Source: an uncultured Methanosarcinales archaeon
GTDB lineage: Archaea > Nanobdellota > Nanobdellia > Woesearchaeales > WJKL01
Assembly (NCBI GenBank): GCA_964521755.1
Contig: CAZFSZ010000002.1
Coordinates: 7,549-71,548 of the forward strand
Length of the DNA stretch: 64,000 nucleotides
Direction of reading: 5' to 3'
In this document: piece by piece, positions 17,860-28,205 of the stretch
How the letters are laid out: each line of letters begins with the position of its first letter
How positions within the stretch are numbered: the first letter of the stretch is position 1
Notes under the pieces: model-generated
Databases searched by the model: none
The model's input: only the letters and a program-made list of their open reading frames with translations
What the model was told of the DNA's origin: nothing
Translations under genes and position numbers: made by a program

Positions 17860-17917
17860 TTAAATATAACTTCTGCAATCCATAAATTATATAAAATAAA
17901 TTATTTTCTTTTGAACA

Positions 17918-20134
17918 ATGCTTAAAAATTTCAAGCCAAGGTTGTATCAGGAAACAATTCTAGCAGCAGCTGCAAAAAACAACACATTGGTTGTTCTTCC
18001 TACAGGGATGGGAAAGACTGCTATTTCCATGCTTCTGGCTGTCCAGAGATTCAAACAGCATCCAAAATCTAAAATATTGGTTCTTGCTCCCACACGGCCT
18101 TTGGTTCAGCAGCACATTGAAACTTTTAAAAAACATCTAAAAATATCTGAAGAAGAACTCTCCCTTTTTACAGGTCATATTAAACCTGAAAAAAGAGCAG
18201 AGTTGTGGAAATCTTCCAGTATAATTTTCTCTACTCCTCAGGGCCTTGAAAATGACATTATATCCGGAAGAATAAAACTAGATAAAGTCTCTTTATTGGT
18301 CTTTGATGAAGCCCACCGCGCTGTTGGAGATTATGCATATGTATTCGTTGCAGAACAGTACCATAAAAAAGCTGATTTTCCAAGGATACTTGCGTTGACC
18401 GCTTCTCCCGGTTCTGACATGGAGAAGATCCAGGAGGTTGTACAAAACCTATATATAGAAGAAGTAGAGATCAGAACTGAAAAAGACCCTGATGTAAAGC
18501 CGTATATAAAAGAGATAAACATCGAATGGAAAAAAGTAAAGCTTCCTCCTCCATTTGAAGAAGTTCAAAAATTCTTAAAGAATATTGTAAAAGACAGGTC
18601 ATCTAAACTGAAGAAATGGGGCATACTTAAAAGAAAAAATATCAGCATAGTTAGCAAAAAGGATCTGCTTAAGCTGCAGGGTCAGCTGAGGGGACGAGCT
18701 GCTTCAGGAGAAAAAGATTATGTATTGTGGACTGCAATTTCTGTTCTGGCTGAGATAATGAAGATACAGCATGCACTGGAGCTTCTTGAAACACAGGGCA
18801 TCATTGCATTAAATGAGTATATGAAAAAACTTCAAAAAGAAGGGTATTCAGGTAAAACCAAAGCAGTAAAAAATATTGTTAAAGATTTGAATTTCAGGTC
18901 AGCTTTAATCAAAACCCAAAAGATGTATGAACAGGAATTCCAGCACCCTAAACTTATAGAACTGCAAAAATTGGTTGAAAAAGAAGTCAATAACAAAAAA
19001 GACATAAAGATAATTGTATTTAACCAGTACAGAGACAATGCCAAAAATATAGTCGATGAGCTGAACAAGATAGACAATATTTCTGCCAGGCTTTTTGTGG
19101 GACAGCAGAAAAAAAAGGAGTCTGGATTGTCACAAAAACAGCAAAAAGAGATGTTGGAAAATTTCAGAGACAATGAATTCAATGTGCTTGTTGCTACATC
19201 TGTGGGAGAAGAAGGCATTGACATTCCAAGAGTGGACTTGGTCATATTCTTTGAGCCTATTCCTTCTGCTATCAGGCATATCCAGAGAAAAGGAAGAACA
19301 GGAAGACAGGAAAAAGGCAGATGCATAATTCTTATGACTGAAAACACCAGAGACCAGGGATATAGATGGTCAGCCCATCACAAAGAAAAAAGGATGTACA
19401 GGAATCTGGAAAAATTAAAATCCAAGATAAAACTAAACACAAAAAAACCAGAAAAAGATCTTAAAAAATATATCCCAGAAGAAAAAAAGATAAAGATATT
19501 TGCAGATCACAGGGAAAAAAGTTCTGGAGTAATCAAAGAACTGATAAATCTCAATGCACAGATTAAGCTTGACAGTCTGGATTCTGCAGATTATATCCTA
19601 AGCAGTAGATGCGGCATCGAGTTCAAGACAGTAGATGATTTTGCACAGTCCATCATAGACGGCAGATTGCTGGAGCAGATAAAGCAGTTAAAAAGAAACT
19701 TTGAATGTCCGCTGGTTATGGTTGAAGGAGAAAATGATATCTATTCTGCAAGAAACATCCACCCCAATGCAATCCGAGGCATGCTTTCGACAATTGCAGT
19801 TTCTTATAAAATACCGGTTCTTTTCACAAAAAATCCAAAAGAATCTTCTGCCCTCATCCATACAATAGCAAAAAGAGAACAGCAAGAATCTGGCAAAAAT
19901 GATTACTCAATGCATGCTGACAAAAAACCATTGTCAGAAAGAGAACAGCAGGAATATATTGTCTCCTCTCTTCCCAGTGTAGGCCCAACTTTAGCAAAAG
20001 AACTGCTTAAAGAATTCAAAACAGTAAAAAAAGTTATAAATGCTTCTGAAGAAAGATTAAAAAAAGTAAAAAAGATTGGAGACAAAAAAGCAAAAGATAT
20101 CAGGAAGATTTTAAATATTGATTATTCAATATGA
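17918..20134 (+). CDS. hef: Hef-like helicase-nuclease (FANCM/Hef family: SF2 helicase plus ERCC4 nuclease plus HhH2)
   Basis: Walker A LPTGMGKT, DEAH box VFDEAHRA, helicase motif VI QRKGRTGR. C-terminal ERCC4-like region IFADHREKSSG...DGRLLEQ and a terminal HhH region LPSVGPTLAKELL. Confidence 0.8.
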   Translation: MLKNFKPRLYQETILAAAAKNNTLVVLPTGMGKTAISMLLAVQRFKQHPKSKILVLAPTRPLVQQHIETFKKHLKISEEELSLFTGHIKPEKRAELWKSSSIIFSTPQGLENDIISGRIKLDKVSLLVFDEAHRAVGDYAYVFVAEQYHKKADFPRILALTASPGSDMEKIQEVVQNLYIEEVEIRTEKDPDVKPYIKEINIEWKKVKLPPPFEEVQKFLKNIVKDRSSKLKKWGILKRKNISIVSKKDLLKLQGQLRGRAASGEKDYVLWTAISVLAEIMKIQHALELLETQGIIALNEYMKKLQKEGYSGKTKAVKNIVKDLNFRSALIKTQKMYEQEFQHPKLIELQKLVEKEVNNKKDIKIIVFNQYRDNAKNIVDELNKIDNISARLFVGQQKKKESGLSQKQQKEMLENFRDNEFNVLVATSVGEEGIDIPRVDLVIFFEPIPSAIRHIQRKGRTGRQEKGRCIILMTENTRDQGYRWSAHHKEKRMYRNLEKLKSKIKLNTKKPEKDLKKYIPEEKKIKIFADHREKSSGVIKELINLNAQIKLDSLDSADYILSSRCGIEFKTVDDFAQSIIDGRLLEQIKQLKRNFECPLVMVEGENDIYSARNIHPNAIRGMLSTIAVSYKIPVLFTKNPKESSALIHTIAKREQQESGKNDYSMHADKKPLSEREQQEYIVSSLPSVGPTLAKELLKEFKTVKKVINASEERLKKVKKIGDKKAKDIRKILNIDYSI

Positions 20135-20865
20135 AATTTTTCTTCGAACTCGTTCCATTTATCTATGTTTGCCTGTATCTTATTTCTTTGCATTTCTAAG
20201 AAATCATTTCGTGTCTCTTTGTTCATTTTAGCTAGTTGTTCTTCTTCGAGTCTTTCTTTTTCTTCTAGCTTATGCCTTATATCAGATGCTTTCCTGGGTT
20301 CATCCATTTTTCCAGCAGATATTAACAGAGAATCTTCAGAAAGGGGCTTTTTTCCTGCATCTCCTGGCTTTGATGCCTCATAAACAATATCAAGGGGGCT
20401 TAAAAAAATAATCCTTCCTTTGTTCAATTCAGGGTATTCTTCTTTAATAAAATCTTCAATTTCTTTTTCTGCAACAAATATTCCAGGAAGACCTGTATAT
20501 GCTCTATGAAGTGGAGAAACTGTATTGATTGCAGAAACCACAACTGTAGCGGTTTCCCCAGTAAAATATTTTTCTGGAATGCTATCTGTATCTTCTACTA
20601 ATGATTTTATTCCATCTAAACTGTTGGATTTGAATCCAGATTTTTTAAAAACAAATGCATAAGCAGTTAATTTTCCTTCTAAATCATACATATTGATATA
20701 ACCTAAAACCCCATAATCTCCTGGATAATATTTAGGCAAATAATCCTTTGCAGCAAATTCTGCTAATTCTGGATTTATTTTTTCAGGTTCAACCCCCTCA
20801 TATTTATTTATACACCCGCTTATTAAAATCAAAGATATTAATATCCCAATTATTATTTTTTTCAT
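20122..20865 (-). CDS. secreted lipoprotein, unknown function
   Basis: Signal peptide with lipobox MKKIIIGILISLILISGC. Confidence 0.45.
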   Translation of the reverse strand: MKKIIIGILISLILISGCINKYEGVEPEKINPELAEFAAKDYLPKYYPGDYGVLGYINMYDLEGKLTAYAFVFKKSGFKSNSLDGIKSLVEDTDSIPEKYFTGETATVVVSAINTVSPLHRAYTGLPGIFVAEKEIEDFIKEEYPELNKGRIIFLSPLDIVYEASKPGDAGKKPLSEDSLLISAGKMDEPRKASDIRHKLEEKERLEEEQLAKMNKETRNDFLEMQRNKIQANIDKWNEFEEKFHIE

Positions 20866-20866
20866 T

Positions 20867-21712
20867 CTAAAACCTCATCTCCTTTAATCTTTTAACTCTT
20901 TCTTCCATCGGAGGGTGCGTGCTCATCAGGTTCATCATTCCTTTTGCAGAAAAAGGATTTACAATGAACAAAGAACTTGTTGCAGGACTTCCAAATCTTA
21001 AAGGATTCCTTTTAACCCCATTATGAAGTTTCTCTAAAGCTGAAGCCAGCGCTTCAGGATTCTTTATTGTCTTTGCTCCGGTCTCGTCAGCCAGATACTC
21101 CCTGCTCCTTGAAATAGCAAGCTGGATTATAGTAGCTATCAATGGAGTCAATATTGCCAATGCCAGCAGCTGAAACATCTCTCCTCCATCCCTGTCTCTT
21201 CCGCCTCCAAATATAGCTGCAAACCTTGCAAAAAAAGCAAGATATGATATTACACCAGCGATTGTAGCAGCGACTGCCTGTATCAGTGTATCTCTGTTCC
21301 TGACATGGGCCATCTCGTGAGCAAGCACGCCTTTCAATTCTTCTTTATCCAACAAACCTAATATCCCTCTCGTAACGGCAACTGCAGCATGCTTGGGGTT
21401 CCTCCCGGTTGCAAATGCATTTGGATTTTCTGTAGGAACAATATATAATTTAGGCATAGGCAGTTTAGCATCTTCAGCTATTTCCTTAACTATATCATAT
21501 AATCCTGGGTTGTCTTTTTTCTCTACTTCCTTTGCTTTATACATCATGAGAACTATCTTGTCACTAAACCAATAGCTTCCAAAATTCATGATTACTGCAA
21601 AAAACAGTCCGATAAACAGCCCCTGTCTCCCTCCTAATAATTGTCCTGCCCCTAATAATAGTCCAGTCAACAACCCCAGCAAAACCACTGTTTTGATTTG
21701 GTTCTTTATCAT
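20867..21712 (-). CDS. htpX: zinc metalloprotease HtpX (M48 family)
   Basis: HEMAHV (HExxH), N-terminal TM helices, and C-terminal ...EYLADE... Confidence 0.8.
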   Translation of the reverse strand: MIKNQIKTVVLLGLLTGLLLGAGQLLGGRQGLFIGLFFAVIMNFGSYWFSDKIVLMMYKAKEVEKKDNPGLYDIVKEIAEDAKLPMPKLYIVPTENPNAFATGRNPKHAAVAVTRGILGLLDKEELKGVLAHEMAHVRNRDTLIQAVAATIAGVISYLAFFARFAAIFGGGRDRDGGEMFQLLALAILTPLIATIIQLAISRSREYLADETGAKTIKNPEALASALEKLHNGVKRNPLRFGSPATSSLFIVNPFSAKGMMNLMSTHPPMEERVKRLKEMRF

Positions 21713-21823
21713 ACTTTTATCAAAAGGAAAGGACTATAAAAAACTTACTAATGGGAATATAAATCAAATCTTAGCAATAAATATTTATATCCAAAACAAA
21801 TTCTAGAGCACGGGGGAAATAAA

Positions 21824-23146
21824 TTGGTTGACATCGGAACAGCATTAAGGCACTACAAAAAAGAAGATATTCAGAAAGAGATGGTTCTACATGCTGAAAA
21901 CAAGGAGGTAGTGGGAAGCTTCAAAGGAGAGGGCTATGCTAAAAGGCCTGACACCTTGACCTATCCCAGAGACATACTTGAGCTTGTGAAACAAGGCATA
22001 ACATCTTTCCATGCTTCAGAAGAGCTATGGAGCAACCCTCTGCAGATCGACCCTATGATGAAAAAGCAGGATGTTGAAAAGTTAAGGATAGGCTGGGACC
22101 TTGTTATAGATATAGACTGCCCTTACTGGGATTACTCCAAGCTTATTGCAGACTTGATTGTCAAGGCATTAAAGCATTATAATATAGATTCTTTAAGTGT
22201 AAAATTCTCAGGAAATAAAGGATTTCATATCGGTGTTCCTTTTGAAGCCTTTCCAAAAAAGATAGGGGATGAAGACGTAAGCAAGAAATTCCCGGACCAC
22301 ATAAGATTGATAGCCAATTATCTTAAAAATATGATCAAGAACGTATTCCTTAAAAAAGTCCTTGAAATAGAAAAGAACAATATAAAAAAGATAGCAGAAA
22401 ATCTTCAAAAACCACTAAAAGAGATATCTACAGGAAAAAAACTTGACCCTGAAAAGATGATTGATATAGACACTATCCTGATATCAAGCAGGCACCTCTA
22501 TAGGATGCCTTATTCTCTTCATGAAAAATCAGGGCTCTGCTCAATCCCTGTTGATCCTGATAAGATTATGGGGTTTGATAAGTCAAGTGCAAAACCTGAA
22601 AACATATTTGTAAATAAAAAATTCAGGTTCCTGGAAAGAGAAAATATACAGCAAAACCAGGCAAAAGAATTATTTGACAAGGCAACTGAAATGATGGTAA
22701 TAAAAAAGAGCATGGAGGATTTCAAGAATAGGGAGATAAGACCAAAACAAGAGATACCAGAAGATGCTATACCTGAAAAATTCTTCCCCCCGTGCATAAA
22801 AAACATCCTAACAGGATTAAGCGACGGAAAAAAACGCTCCTTGTTTATCCTGACAAACTTTCTGACATGCTGCGGATGGGAGCATGACAAGATAAAAACT
22901 CTTCTCAAAAAATGGAATAAGCAAAATGATGAGCCCTTAAGAGAAGTCTTGCTTGTGAGCCAGCTAAGATACCACAAAAACAAGAAAAAAAACATCCCTC
23001 CTCCAAACTGCCAGAATTCCATGTATTACAAAGACTTCGGAATATGCAAGCCTGACAACTTATGCAGAAAGATAAAAAACCCTGTGCAGTATTCAAAAAG
23101 AAAGACATATTTTCTGAACAAAAATAAAAGCAGAAAAAAATCATAA
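21824..23146 (+). CDS. priS: DNA primase, fused small-subunit catalytic domain (PriS) and PriL-CTD-like C-terminal domain
   Basis: AEP motifs LVIDIDCPYW (hhhDhD) and SGNKGFHIGVPFEAF (sGxxGhH). The C-terminal FFPPCIKNILTGLSDGKKRSLFILTNFLTCCGW resembles the conserved PPC(M/I)...R..LF.L.FL..G motif of the primase large-subunit C-terminal domain, with further Cys residues downstream. Confidence 0.65.
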   Translation: MVDIGTALRHYKKEDIQKEMVLHAENKEVVGSFKGEGYAKRPDTLTYPRDILELVKQGITSFHASEELWSNPLQIDPMMKKQDVEKLRIGWDLVIDIDCPYWDYSKLIADLIVKALKHYNIDSLSVKFSGNKGFHIGVPFEAFPKKIGDEDVSKKFPDHIRLIANYLKNMIKNVFLKKVLEIEKNNIKKIAENLQKPLKEISTGKKLDPEKMIDIDTILISSRHLYRMPYSLHEKSGLCSIPVDPDKIMGFDKSSAKPENIFVNKKFRFLERENIQQNQAKELFDKATEMMVIKKSMEDFKNREIRPKQEIPEDAIPEKFFPPCIKNILTGLSDGKKRSLFILTNFLTCCGWEHDKIKTLLKKWNKQNDEPLREVLLVSQLRYHKNKKKNIPPPNCQNSMYYKDFGICKPDNLCRKIKNPVQYSKRKTYFLNKNKSRKKS

Positions 23147-23200
23147 TTTATTTTCGAAACCTTTTTAAATACCTTCTTTTTCTTTCATATACTCGAGACA

Positions 23201-23223
23201 GTGTTTAAAGAGGATTTAAACAC
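23201..23223. promoter_or_regulatory. perfect 9-bp inverted repeat GTGTTTAAA-gagga-TTTAAACAC upstream of the ribosomal protein operon
   Basis: Seen directly; ~135 nt upstream of the L3 start. Function unknown (operator or RNA hairpin). Confidence 0.25.
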
Positions 23224-23358
23224 ATTTAGTAAACCTACAGCCTGAAAAAAGACTTTTTTCAGTACAAATGGTTTGAAGAAACTATTTTCTATAAAAAGTC
23301 TTAAAAAAAGGTTGCTTTCAAAAAAGAAAGATAGAGACAAAAATCTCTAATTCATAAG

Positions 23359-24327
23359 ATGTCAAAAAAACATAAACCAAGAAGCGGATCACTGCAATAT
23401 TGGCCAAGAAACAGGGCCAAAAGAGCTTATGCTAGAGTCAACTCTTGGCCTGAAGCCTCTGACCCAAAACCCCTTGGATTTGCAGGCTACAAGGTGGGCA
23501 TGACACACATCACTTTTACTGACAACAGGCCAAACACGATGACAAAAAATGAAGAAGTTTCAACGCCTGTAACTGTCATTGAATGTCCTCCGCTAAAAAT
23601 CGCCTCAATCATTTTTTATAAAAAAACTGATTCTGGATTAAAATCTTCTTCTGTTTTTCTCGCTCCAAAAATTGACAAAGAACTTTCAAAAAAGATTAAG
23701 CTTCCTAAAAAAACATCAAAGAAAAAACTAGATGATTACGACATAAAAGAATATGAAGATATCAGGATTCAGGTATATACCCAGCCAAAGCTTACATCTA
23801 TAGGCAAGAAAAAGCCGGAACTTTTCGAGCTTGGGCTTGGTGGAAAGATAGAGGATAAATTTAACTGGGCAAAAGAAAACATAAGCAAAGATATCAATAT
23901 CCATGATATATTCACAGAAGGACAGCATATTGACATTCATTCTATAACTAAAGGAAAAGGCCTTGCTGGTCCTATGAAAAGAATGGGAATCTCCAGAACA
24001 TCCCACAAATCAGAAAAAGGAGTAAGAACTCCAGCAAACCTGGGGGCATGGACCGGTGCAAGGCAATGGAGGGTTGCAAAAGCCGGACAGCTTGGAAAAC
24101 AGCAGAGAAAAGAGCTGAACAAATGGCTTTTAAAGATAGACAATAAGCCTGAAGAAATAAACAAAAAAGGCGGATTCAAAAGATACGGATTAGTCAAAAA
24201 CCAGTATGTTCTTCTTAAAGGCTCTTTAGGTGGAGCTGTTAAAGGATTGGAAATTATGACTATTCCTATGAGGCCTAATAGAAGACATCCAAAAGAAAAA
24301 CCCTCAATAAATCATATCAGCAGATGA
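23359..24327 (+). CDS. rpl3: 50S ribosomal protein L3 (uL3)
   Basis: MSKKHKPRSGSLQYWPR...GYKVGMTHI...first gene of the archaeal S10/spc-like cluster. Confidence 0.9.
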   Translation: MSKKHKPRSGSLQYWPRNRAKRAYARVNSWPEASDPKPLGFAGYKVGMTHITFTDNRPNTMTKNEEVSTPVTVIECPPLKIASIIFYKKTDSGLKSSSVFLAPKIDKELSKKIKLPKKTSKKKLDDYDIKEYEDIRIQVYTQPKLTSIGKKKPELFELGLGGKIEDKFNWAKENISKDINIHDIFTEGQHIDIHSITKGKGLAGPMKRMGISRTSHKSEKGVRTPANLGAWTGARQWRVAKAGQLGKQQRKELNKWLLKIDNKPEEINKKGGFKRYGLVKNQYVLLKGSLGGAVKGLEIMTIPMRPNRRHPKEKPSINHISR

Positions 24328-24336
24328 TAATTTAAG

Positions 24337-25143
24337 ATGGAACTCAAAATAATCTCGACAAAAAATGAAGAAAAAGGCAAAAAAAGCCTTCCGTCTCAGT
24401 TTACAGAAGAATTGAGACCTGACCTTATAAATAGGGCAGTAATGACTCTTCAAGCAAATAAAAGGCAAAAATATGGTGCATCTCCAGAAGCAGGAAAAAG
24501 AGCTTCTTCATTCCTGTCCAAAAGAAGAAGAAAATATAGGGGAACATACGGCATTGGACAGTCAAGAACTCCAAGAAAAGTACTTAATAGAAGGGGAACA
24601 AGGATGTATTATGTTGGTGCTTTTGCTCCGCAGACAGTAGGGGGAAGAAGAGCCCACCCTCCAAAAGCAGGAAAAGACTGGAGCAAAAAGATGAACAAAA
24701 AAGAGAACAAAAAAGCGATAAGATCTGCACTTTCAGCAGTGGTTCAGCAGGATATAGTAAACGAAAGAGGTCATTTTGCTCCTAAAGATTATCCATTTAT
24801 AATAGATAATTCATTTGAATCATTATCAAAAACAAAAGAGGTCAAAAAAATATTAGAATCATTGGGGTTCAAAAAAGAGCTTGAAAGAAGCTCTAAAAAG
24901 ACAATAAGAGCAGGAAAAGGGAAATCAAGAGGCAGAAAATACAGAAAGAAAAAAAGCATCCTGATTGTTGTTTCAAAAGAATGCAAACTTTCCAAAGCTG
25001 CAAGAAACATCTCTGGAATAGACATTGTTCCTGTTAATAGTATAAATGCTGAACTGTTGGCTCCTGGTGCAGTTCCGGGAAGACTAACATTGTTCACAGA
25101 ATCTGCAATAGATAAAATAAAAAAAGATAACCTATTCATGTGA
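24337..25143 (+). CDS. rpl4: 50S ribosomal protein L4 (uL4)
   Basis: Position after L3; ...RRGTRMYYVGAFAPQTVGGRRAHPPK... Confidence 0.9.
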   Translation: MELKIISTKNEEKGKKSLPSQFTEELRPDLINRAVMTLQANKRQKYGASPEAGKRASSFLSKRRRKYRGTYGIGQSRTPRKVLNRRGTRMYYVGAFAPQTVGGRRAHPPKAGKDWSKKMNKKENKKAIRSALSAVVQQDIVNERGHFAPKDYPFIIDNSFESLSKTKEVKKILESLGFKKELERSSKKTIRAGKGKSRGRKYRKKKSILIVVSKECKLSKAARNISGIDIVPVNSINAELLAPGAVPGRLTLFTESAIDKIKKDNLFM

Positions 25144-25412
25144 TAAAGATGAAAGATCCATACTCAATAATCAAAAACCCTTTGTCAACTGAAAAATCAA
25201 TCAGATTGATGGAATCAGAAAACAAGCTGATATTTGCTGTGGATAAGAAGGCAACAAAACAGGAGATAAAAAGATCAGTTGAAAAGTTGTTCAAAGCAAA
25301 AGTCAAAAAAGTTAACACATTAATAACACAAGCTGGAGAAAAAAGAGCATATGTCAGGTTTGCAGCAGACACTCCTGCTATTGACATAGCTACACAGCTT
25401 GGATTAATATAA
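25140..25412 (+). CDS. rpl23: 50S ribosomal protein L23 (uL23)
   Basis: IIKNPLSTEKSIRLMESENKLIFAVDKKATKQEIKRSVEKLF. Confidence 0.9.
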   Translation: MIKMKDPYSIIKNPLSTEKSIRLMESENKLIFAVDKKATKQEIKRSVEKLFKAKVKKVNTLITQAGEKRAYVRFAADTPAIDIATQLGLI

Positions 25413-25430
25413 ATAGTATAAGGTAACAAA

Positions 25431-26144
25431 ATGGGTAAAAGATTAATTCAACAGAGAAGAGGAAAAGGAAGCTCAACACACAGGGCCCCTAGTTTTAGAT
25501 ACAAGGCAAAATCAGGGCATAATAGGTTCACTGAAGAAACGATAAAAGGAAAGATAATTGACTTGATAAAATGTCCTGGACATTCAGCCCCTCTTGCTAA
25601 GATTGAATATGAAAATAAAGAGGTTTGTTATATTGTTGCTCCTGAAGGAATAAGAGCAGGGGATGTAATAACATCCGGTTCTGAAGCAAAACCTAAACCA
25701 GGAAATACGCTTCAGTTAAAAGATATACCTTCTGGAACATCCATCAATAATCTTGAATTAAACCCTGGAGATGGCGGAAAATTTGTAAAATCATCCGGAA
25801 CTTCAGCAAAGATTATAGAAAAGACAAAAAAAGGTATTGTCGTCCTGCTGCCTTCAAGTAAAAGAAAGATATTTGATCCAAATTGCAGGGCATGTATAGG
25901 GCATATTGCTGGAAGCGGCAGGCTTGAAAAGCCTCTTCTAAAAGCAGGAAACAAATTTTACGCAAAAAAAGCAAAGAATAAACTATATCCAAAAGTATCC
26001 GGAACATCCATGAATGCTGTAGCTCATCCGTTTGGAAGCAAAAGCTCGCATCAAAAAGGAAGACCTACCCAAGCTTCAAGAAACGCCCCCCCTGGAAGAA
26101 AAGTTGGAAATATTGCTCCTAAAAGATCAGGTCACAAGAGGTAA
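25431..26144 (+). CDS. rpl2: 50S ribosomal protein L2 (uL2)
   Basis: MGKRLIQQRRGKGSSTHRAP...SGHKR; conserved L2 C-terminus. Confidence 0.9.
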   Translation: MGKRLIQQRRGKGSSTHRAPSFRYKAKSGHNRFTEETIKGKIIDLIKCPGHSAPLAKIEYENKEVCYIVAPEGIRAGDVITSGSEAKPKPGNTLQLKDIPSGTSINNLELNPGDGGKFVKSSGTSAKIIEKTKKGIVVLLPSSKRKIFDPNCRACIGHIAGSGRLEKPLLKAGNKFYAKKAKNKLYPKVSGTSMNAVAHPFGSKSSHQKGRPTQASRNAPPGRKVGNIAPKRSGHKR

Positions 26145-26149
26145 TAAAA

Positions 26150-26533
26150 ATGGTAAAAAAAGAATTCACTTATTATGGAAAAACAATTGAAGAGCTAAAA
26201 AAACTGAGCTTAAATGAATTTGCTGAACTAGCTCCAGCCAGTATCAGAAGATCGCTTAAAAGAGGATTTAGTGATCCCCAAAAAAAACTGCTCAAAAAGA
26301 TAAAAAATAAGGAAAGTAACATAAAAACTCACTGTAGAAATATGATTATCCTGCCTGAAATGGTGGATTCTGCTGTTAATGTTCATAATGGTAAATCATT
26401 CATAAAGATTGTAATACAACCTGAGATGGTAGGGCATTATCTGGGAGAGTTTGTTTCCACCAGAAGTAGAGTTTCACACTCTGCTCCCGGAATAGGTGCA
26501 ACAAGATCGTCTGCAGCGCTTTCAGTTAAATAA
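26150..26533 (+). CDS. rps19: 30S ribosomal protein S19 (uS19)
   Basis: ...GHYLGEFVSTRSRVSHSAPGIGATRSS. Confidence 0.9.
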   Translation: MVKKEFTYYGKTIEELKKLSLNEFAELAPASIRRSLKRGFSDPQKKLLKKIKNKESNIKTHCRNMIILPEMVDSAVNVHNGKSFIKIVIQPEMVGHYLGEFVSTRSRVSHSAPGIGATRSSAALSVK

Positions 26534-26558
26534 ACAAACAAATAACTAAAAACAAAAA

Positions 26559-27191
26559 ATGGCACAACAAAAATATGCAGCAACAGAATTCAATGCTGAA
26601 CATATGGCAAGAGCAAGAGGCTTGTCTCTTCCTATTTCAGTAAAGAAATCAGTTGAAATATGTGATTTGATTAGATTTAAAAATCTTCAGAAAGCAAAAG
26701 ACATCTTAAACAATATAATGTTGAAGAATATGCCTGTTCCTCTCAAAAAATTTAACAGGGGGGTTGCCCACAAAAAAGGAAAGATTGCAGGAGGAAGTTA
26801 CCCGATAAATGCAAGTAAAGAGATTCTTGCGGTCCTAAAATCTGCAGAATCAAATGCCCAGTTCAAGGGGCTTGACACTTCCAGTATGATAATCAAACAT
26901 ATCTGCGCTCACAAAGCAAAAAAACAGCCTCATTACGGAAGGATGCGTGGAAGAACCATGAAAAGAACCCATATTGAAATTATCCTTGAGGAAAAAGCAG
27001 ATAAGAAAACTAAAAAAAGAGAGCAAAAGCAGTTTAAAAAAGAAGAGACAAAACCTAAAAAAGAGCAAAAAATCAAAACTGAAAAAAAAGAAAGTAAACT
27101 TAAAGAAAAAACAGAAGAAAAGAGAAAAGAGATGATAAAAAATAATGAACAAAAAGAATCAAAACAGCAAGAGGGCAATAAAAAATCCTAG
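26559..27191 (+). CDS. rpl22: 50S ribosomal protein L22 (uL22) with Lys/Glu-rich C-terminal extension
   Basis: L22 core then ~70 aa of KKEETKPKKEQKIK low complexity. Confidence 0.85.
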   Translation: MAQQKYAATEFNAEHMARARGLSLPISVKKSVEICDLIRFKNLQKAKDILNNIMLKNMPVPLKKFNRGVAHKKGKIAGGSYPINASKEILAVLKSAESNAQFKGLDTSSMIIKHICAHKAKKQPHYGRMRGRTMKRTHIEIILEEKADKKTKKREQKQFKKEETKPKKEQKIKTEKKESKLKEKTEEKRKEMIKNNEQKESKQQEGNKKS

Positions 27192-27201
27192 GTGAAATCA
27201 T

Positions 27202-27936
27202 ATGATAGAAAGAGATTTTGTTAAACAAAAAAAGAAAGAATTCGAGATTCAGAGTTTTGTAATCAACCATCTGAATAATGCAGGACATTCAAAAACCAAG
27301 ATGCAAAGAACGCCCCTTGGAGAAAAAATCATAGTTTATGCTTCAAGACCTGGGCTTGTTGTTGGAAGAGAAGGTAAAAATATTCAAAAATTAACCGCAG
27401 ATTTAAAAAAGAGGTTTAAATTAGAAAATCCTCAGATTGAGATTGCTGAGGTTGAAAACCCCAATCTTGATGCAAACATAGTTGCAGAAAGGATAGCCTC
27501 ATCTCTTGAAAGGTTTGGTTCGAGCAGATTTAAGGGTGTTGGTCATAAAGTTATGTCTGATGTTATGGGTGCCGGAGCATTGGGTATTGAAATAGTAATT
27601 TCAGGAAAAGTTCCAAGCAGCAGGGCAAAATCCTGGAGATTCTATCAGGGTTATCTGAAAAAATGCGGAGACATTGCTTTGTCAGGCGTAGATGCGGCAT
27701 ATGAAAAAGCCAAATTAAAATCAGGTGTTGTTGGCATCCAGGTCAGGATAATGCCCCCAGATACAAAACTACCTGATCATATAGAATTAAGGGAAGAAAA
27801 AGAAGAAGTTGTTGAAGAAATTAAAGAAAAAAACAAAGAAAAAGAAACCGAGGAAGAGCCGGAAAAAAAGACAGACGAAAAAAAGGAAGAAGATTCAGCA
27901 GAAGAGAAAGCTGAGGAAAAAACAGAAGAAAAATGA
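27202..27936 (+). CDS. rps3: 30S ribosomal protein S3 (uS3) with Glu/Lys-rich C-terminal extension
   Basis: KH domain ...VVGREGKNIQKL... and S3 C-domain; acidic/basic tail. Confidence 0.9.
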   Translation: MIERDFVKQKKKEFEIQSFVINHLNNAGHSKTKMQRTPLGEKIIVYASRPGLVVGREGKNIQKLTADLKKRFKLENPQIEIAEVENPNLDANIVAERIASSLERFGSSRFKGVGHKVMSDVMGAGALGIEIVISGKVPSSRAKSWRFYQGYLKKCGDIALSGVDAAYEKAKLKSGVVGIQVRIMPPDTKLPDHIELREEKEEVVEEIKEKNKEKETEEEPEKKTDEKKEEDSAEEKAEEKTEEK

Positions 27937-28205
27937 CCAAGATTAAAGATTTACGTTCGATGGGAAAAGAAGAGCTTAATTCAAAACTAGATGAACTCAA
28001 AAAAGAGATGATAAAAAATAATGCTCAAATTGCTACTGGAACTACACCAAAGAATCCAGGGCAAATCAGAGAAATAAAAAAAACTATTGCTAGAATTTTA
28101 ACAATAGTGAATACAGAGGCTAAGAATAAAGAAGCTTCTGTGCATACACCAAAAAAGTCTATGAAAAAAACAAAAAAACAAACAGGGGAAAAGATAAATG
28201 GCTGA
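27933..28205 (+). CDS. rpl29: 50S ribosomal protein L29 (uL29)
   Basis: MTKIKDLRSMGKEELNSKLDELKKEMIKNNAQ. Confidence 0.85.
   Translation: MTKIKDLRSMGKEELNSKLDELKKEMIKNNAQIATGTTPKNPGQIREIKKTIARILTIVNTEAKNKEASVHTPKKSMKKTKKQTGEKING

Noticed and set aside
23270-23295. Hairpin CUGAAAAAAGACUUUUUUCAG considered as a regulatory RNA
   Set aside because: It is an A/U-only stem downstream of the primase gene and most simply a terminator-like structure; nothing distinguishes it further.
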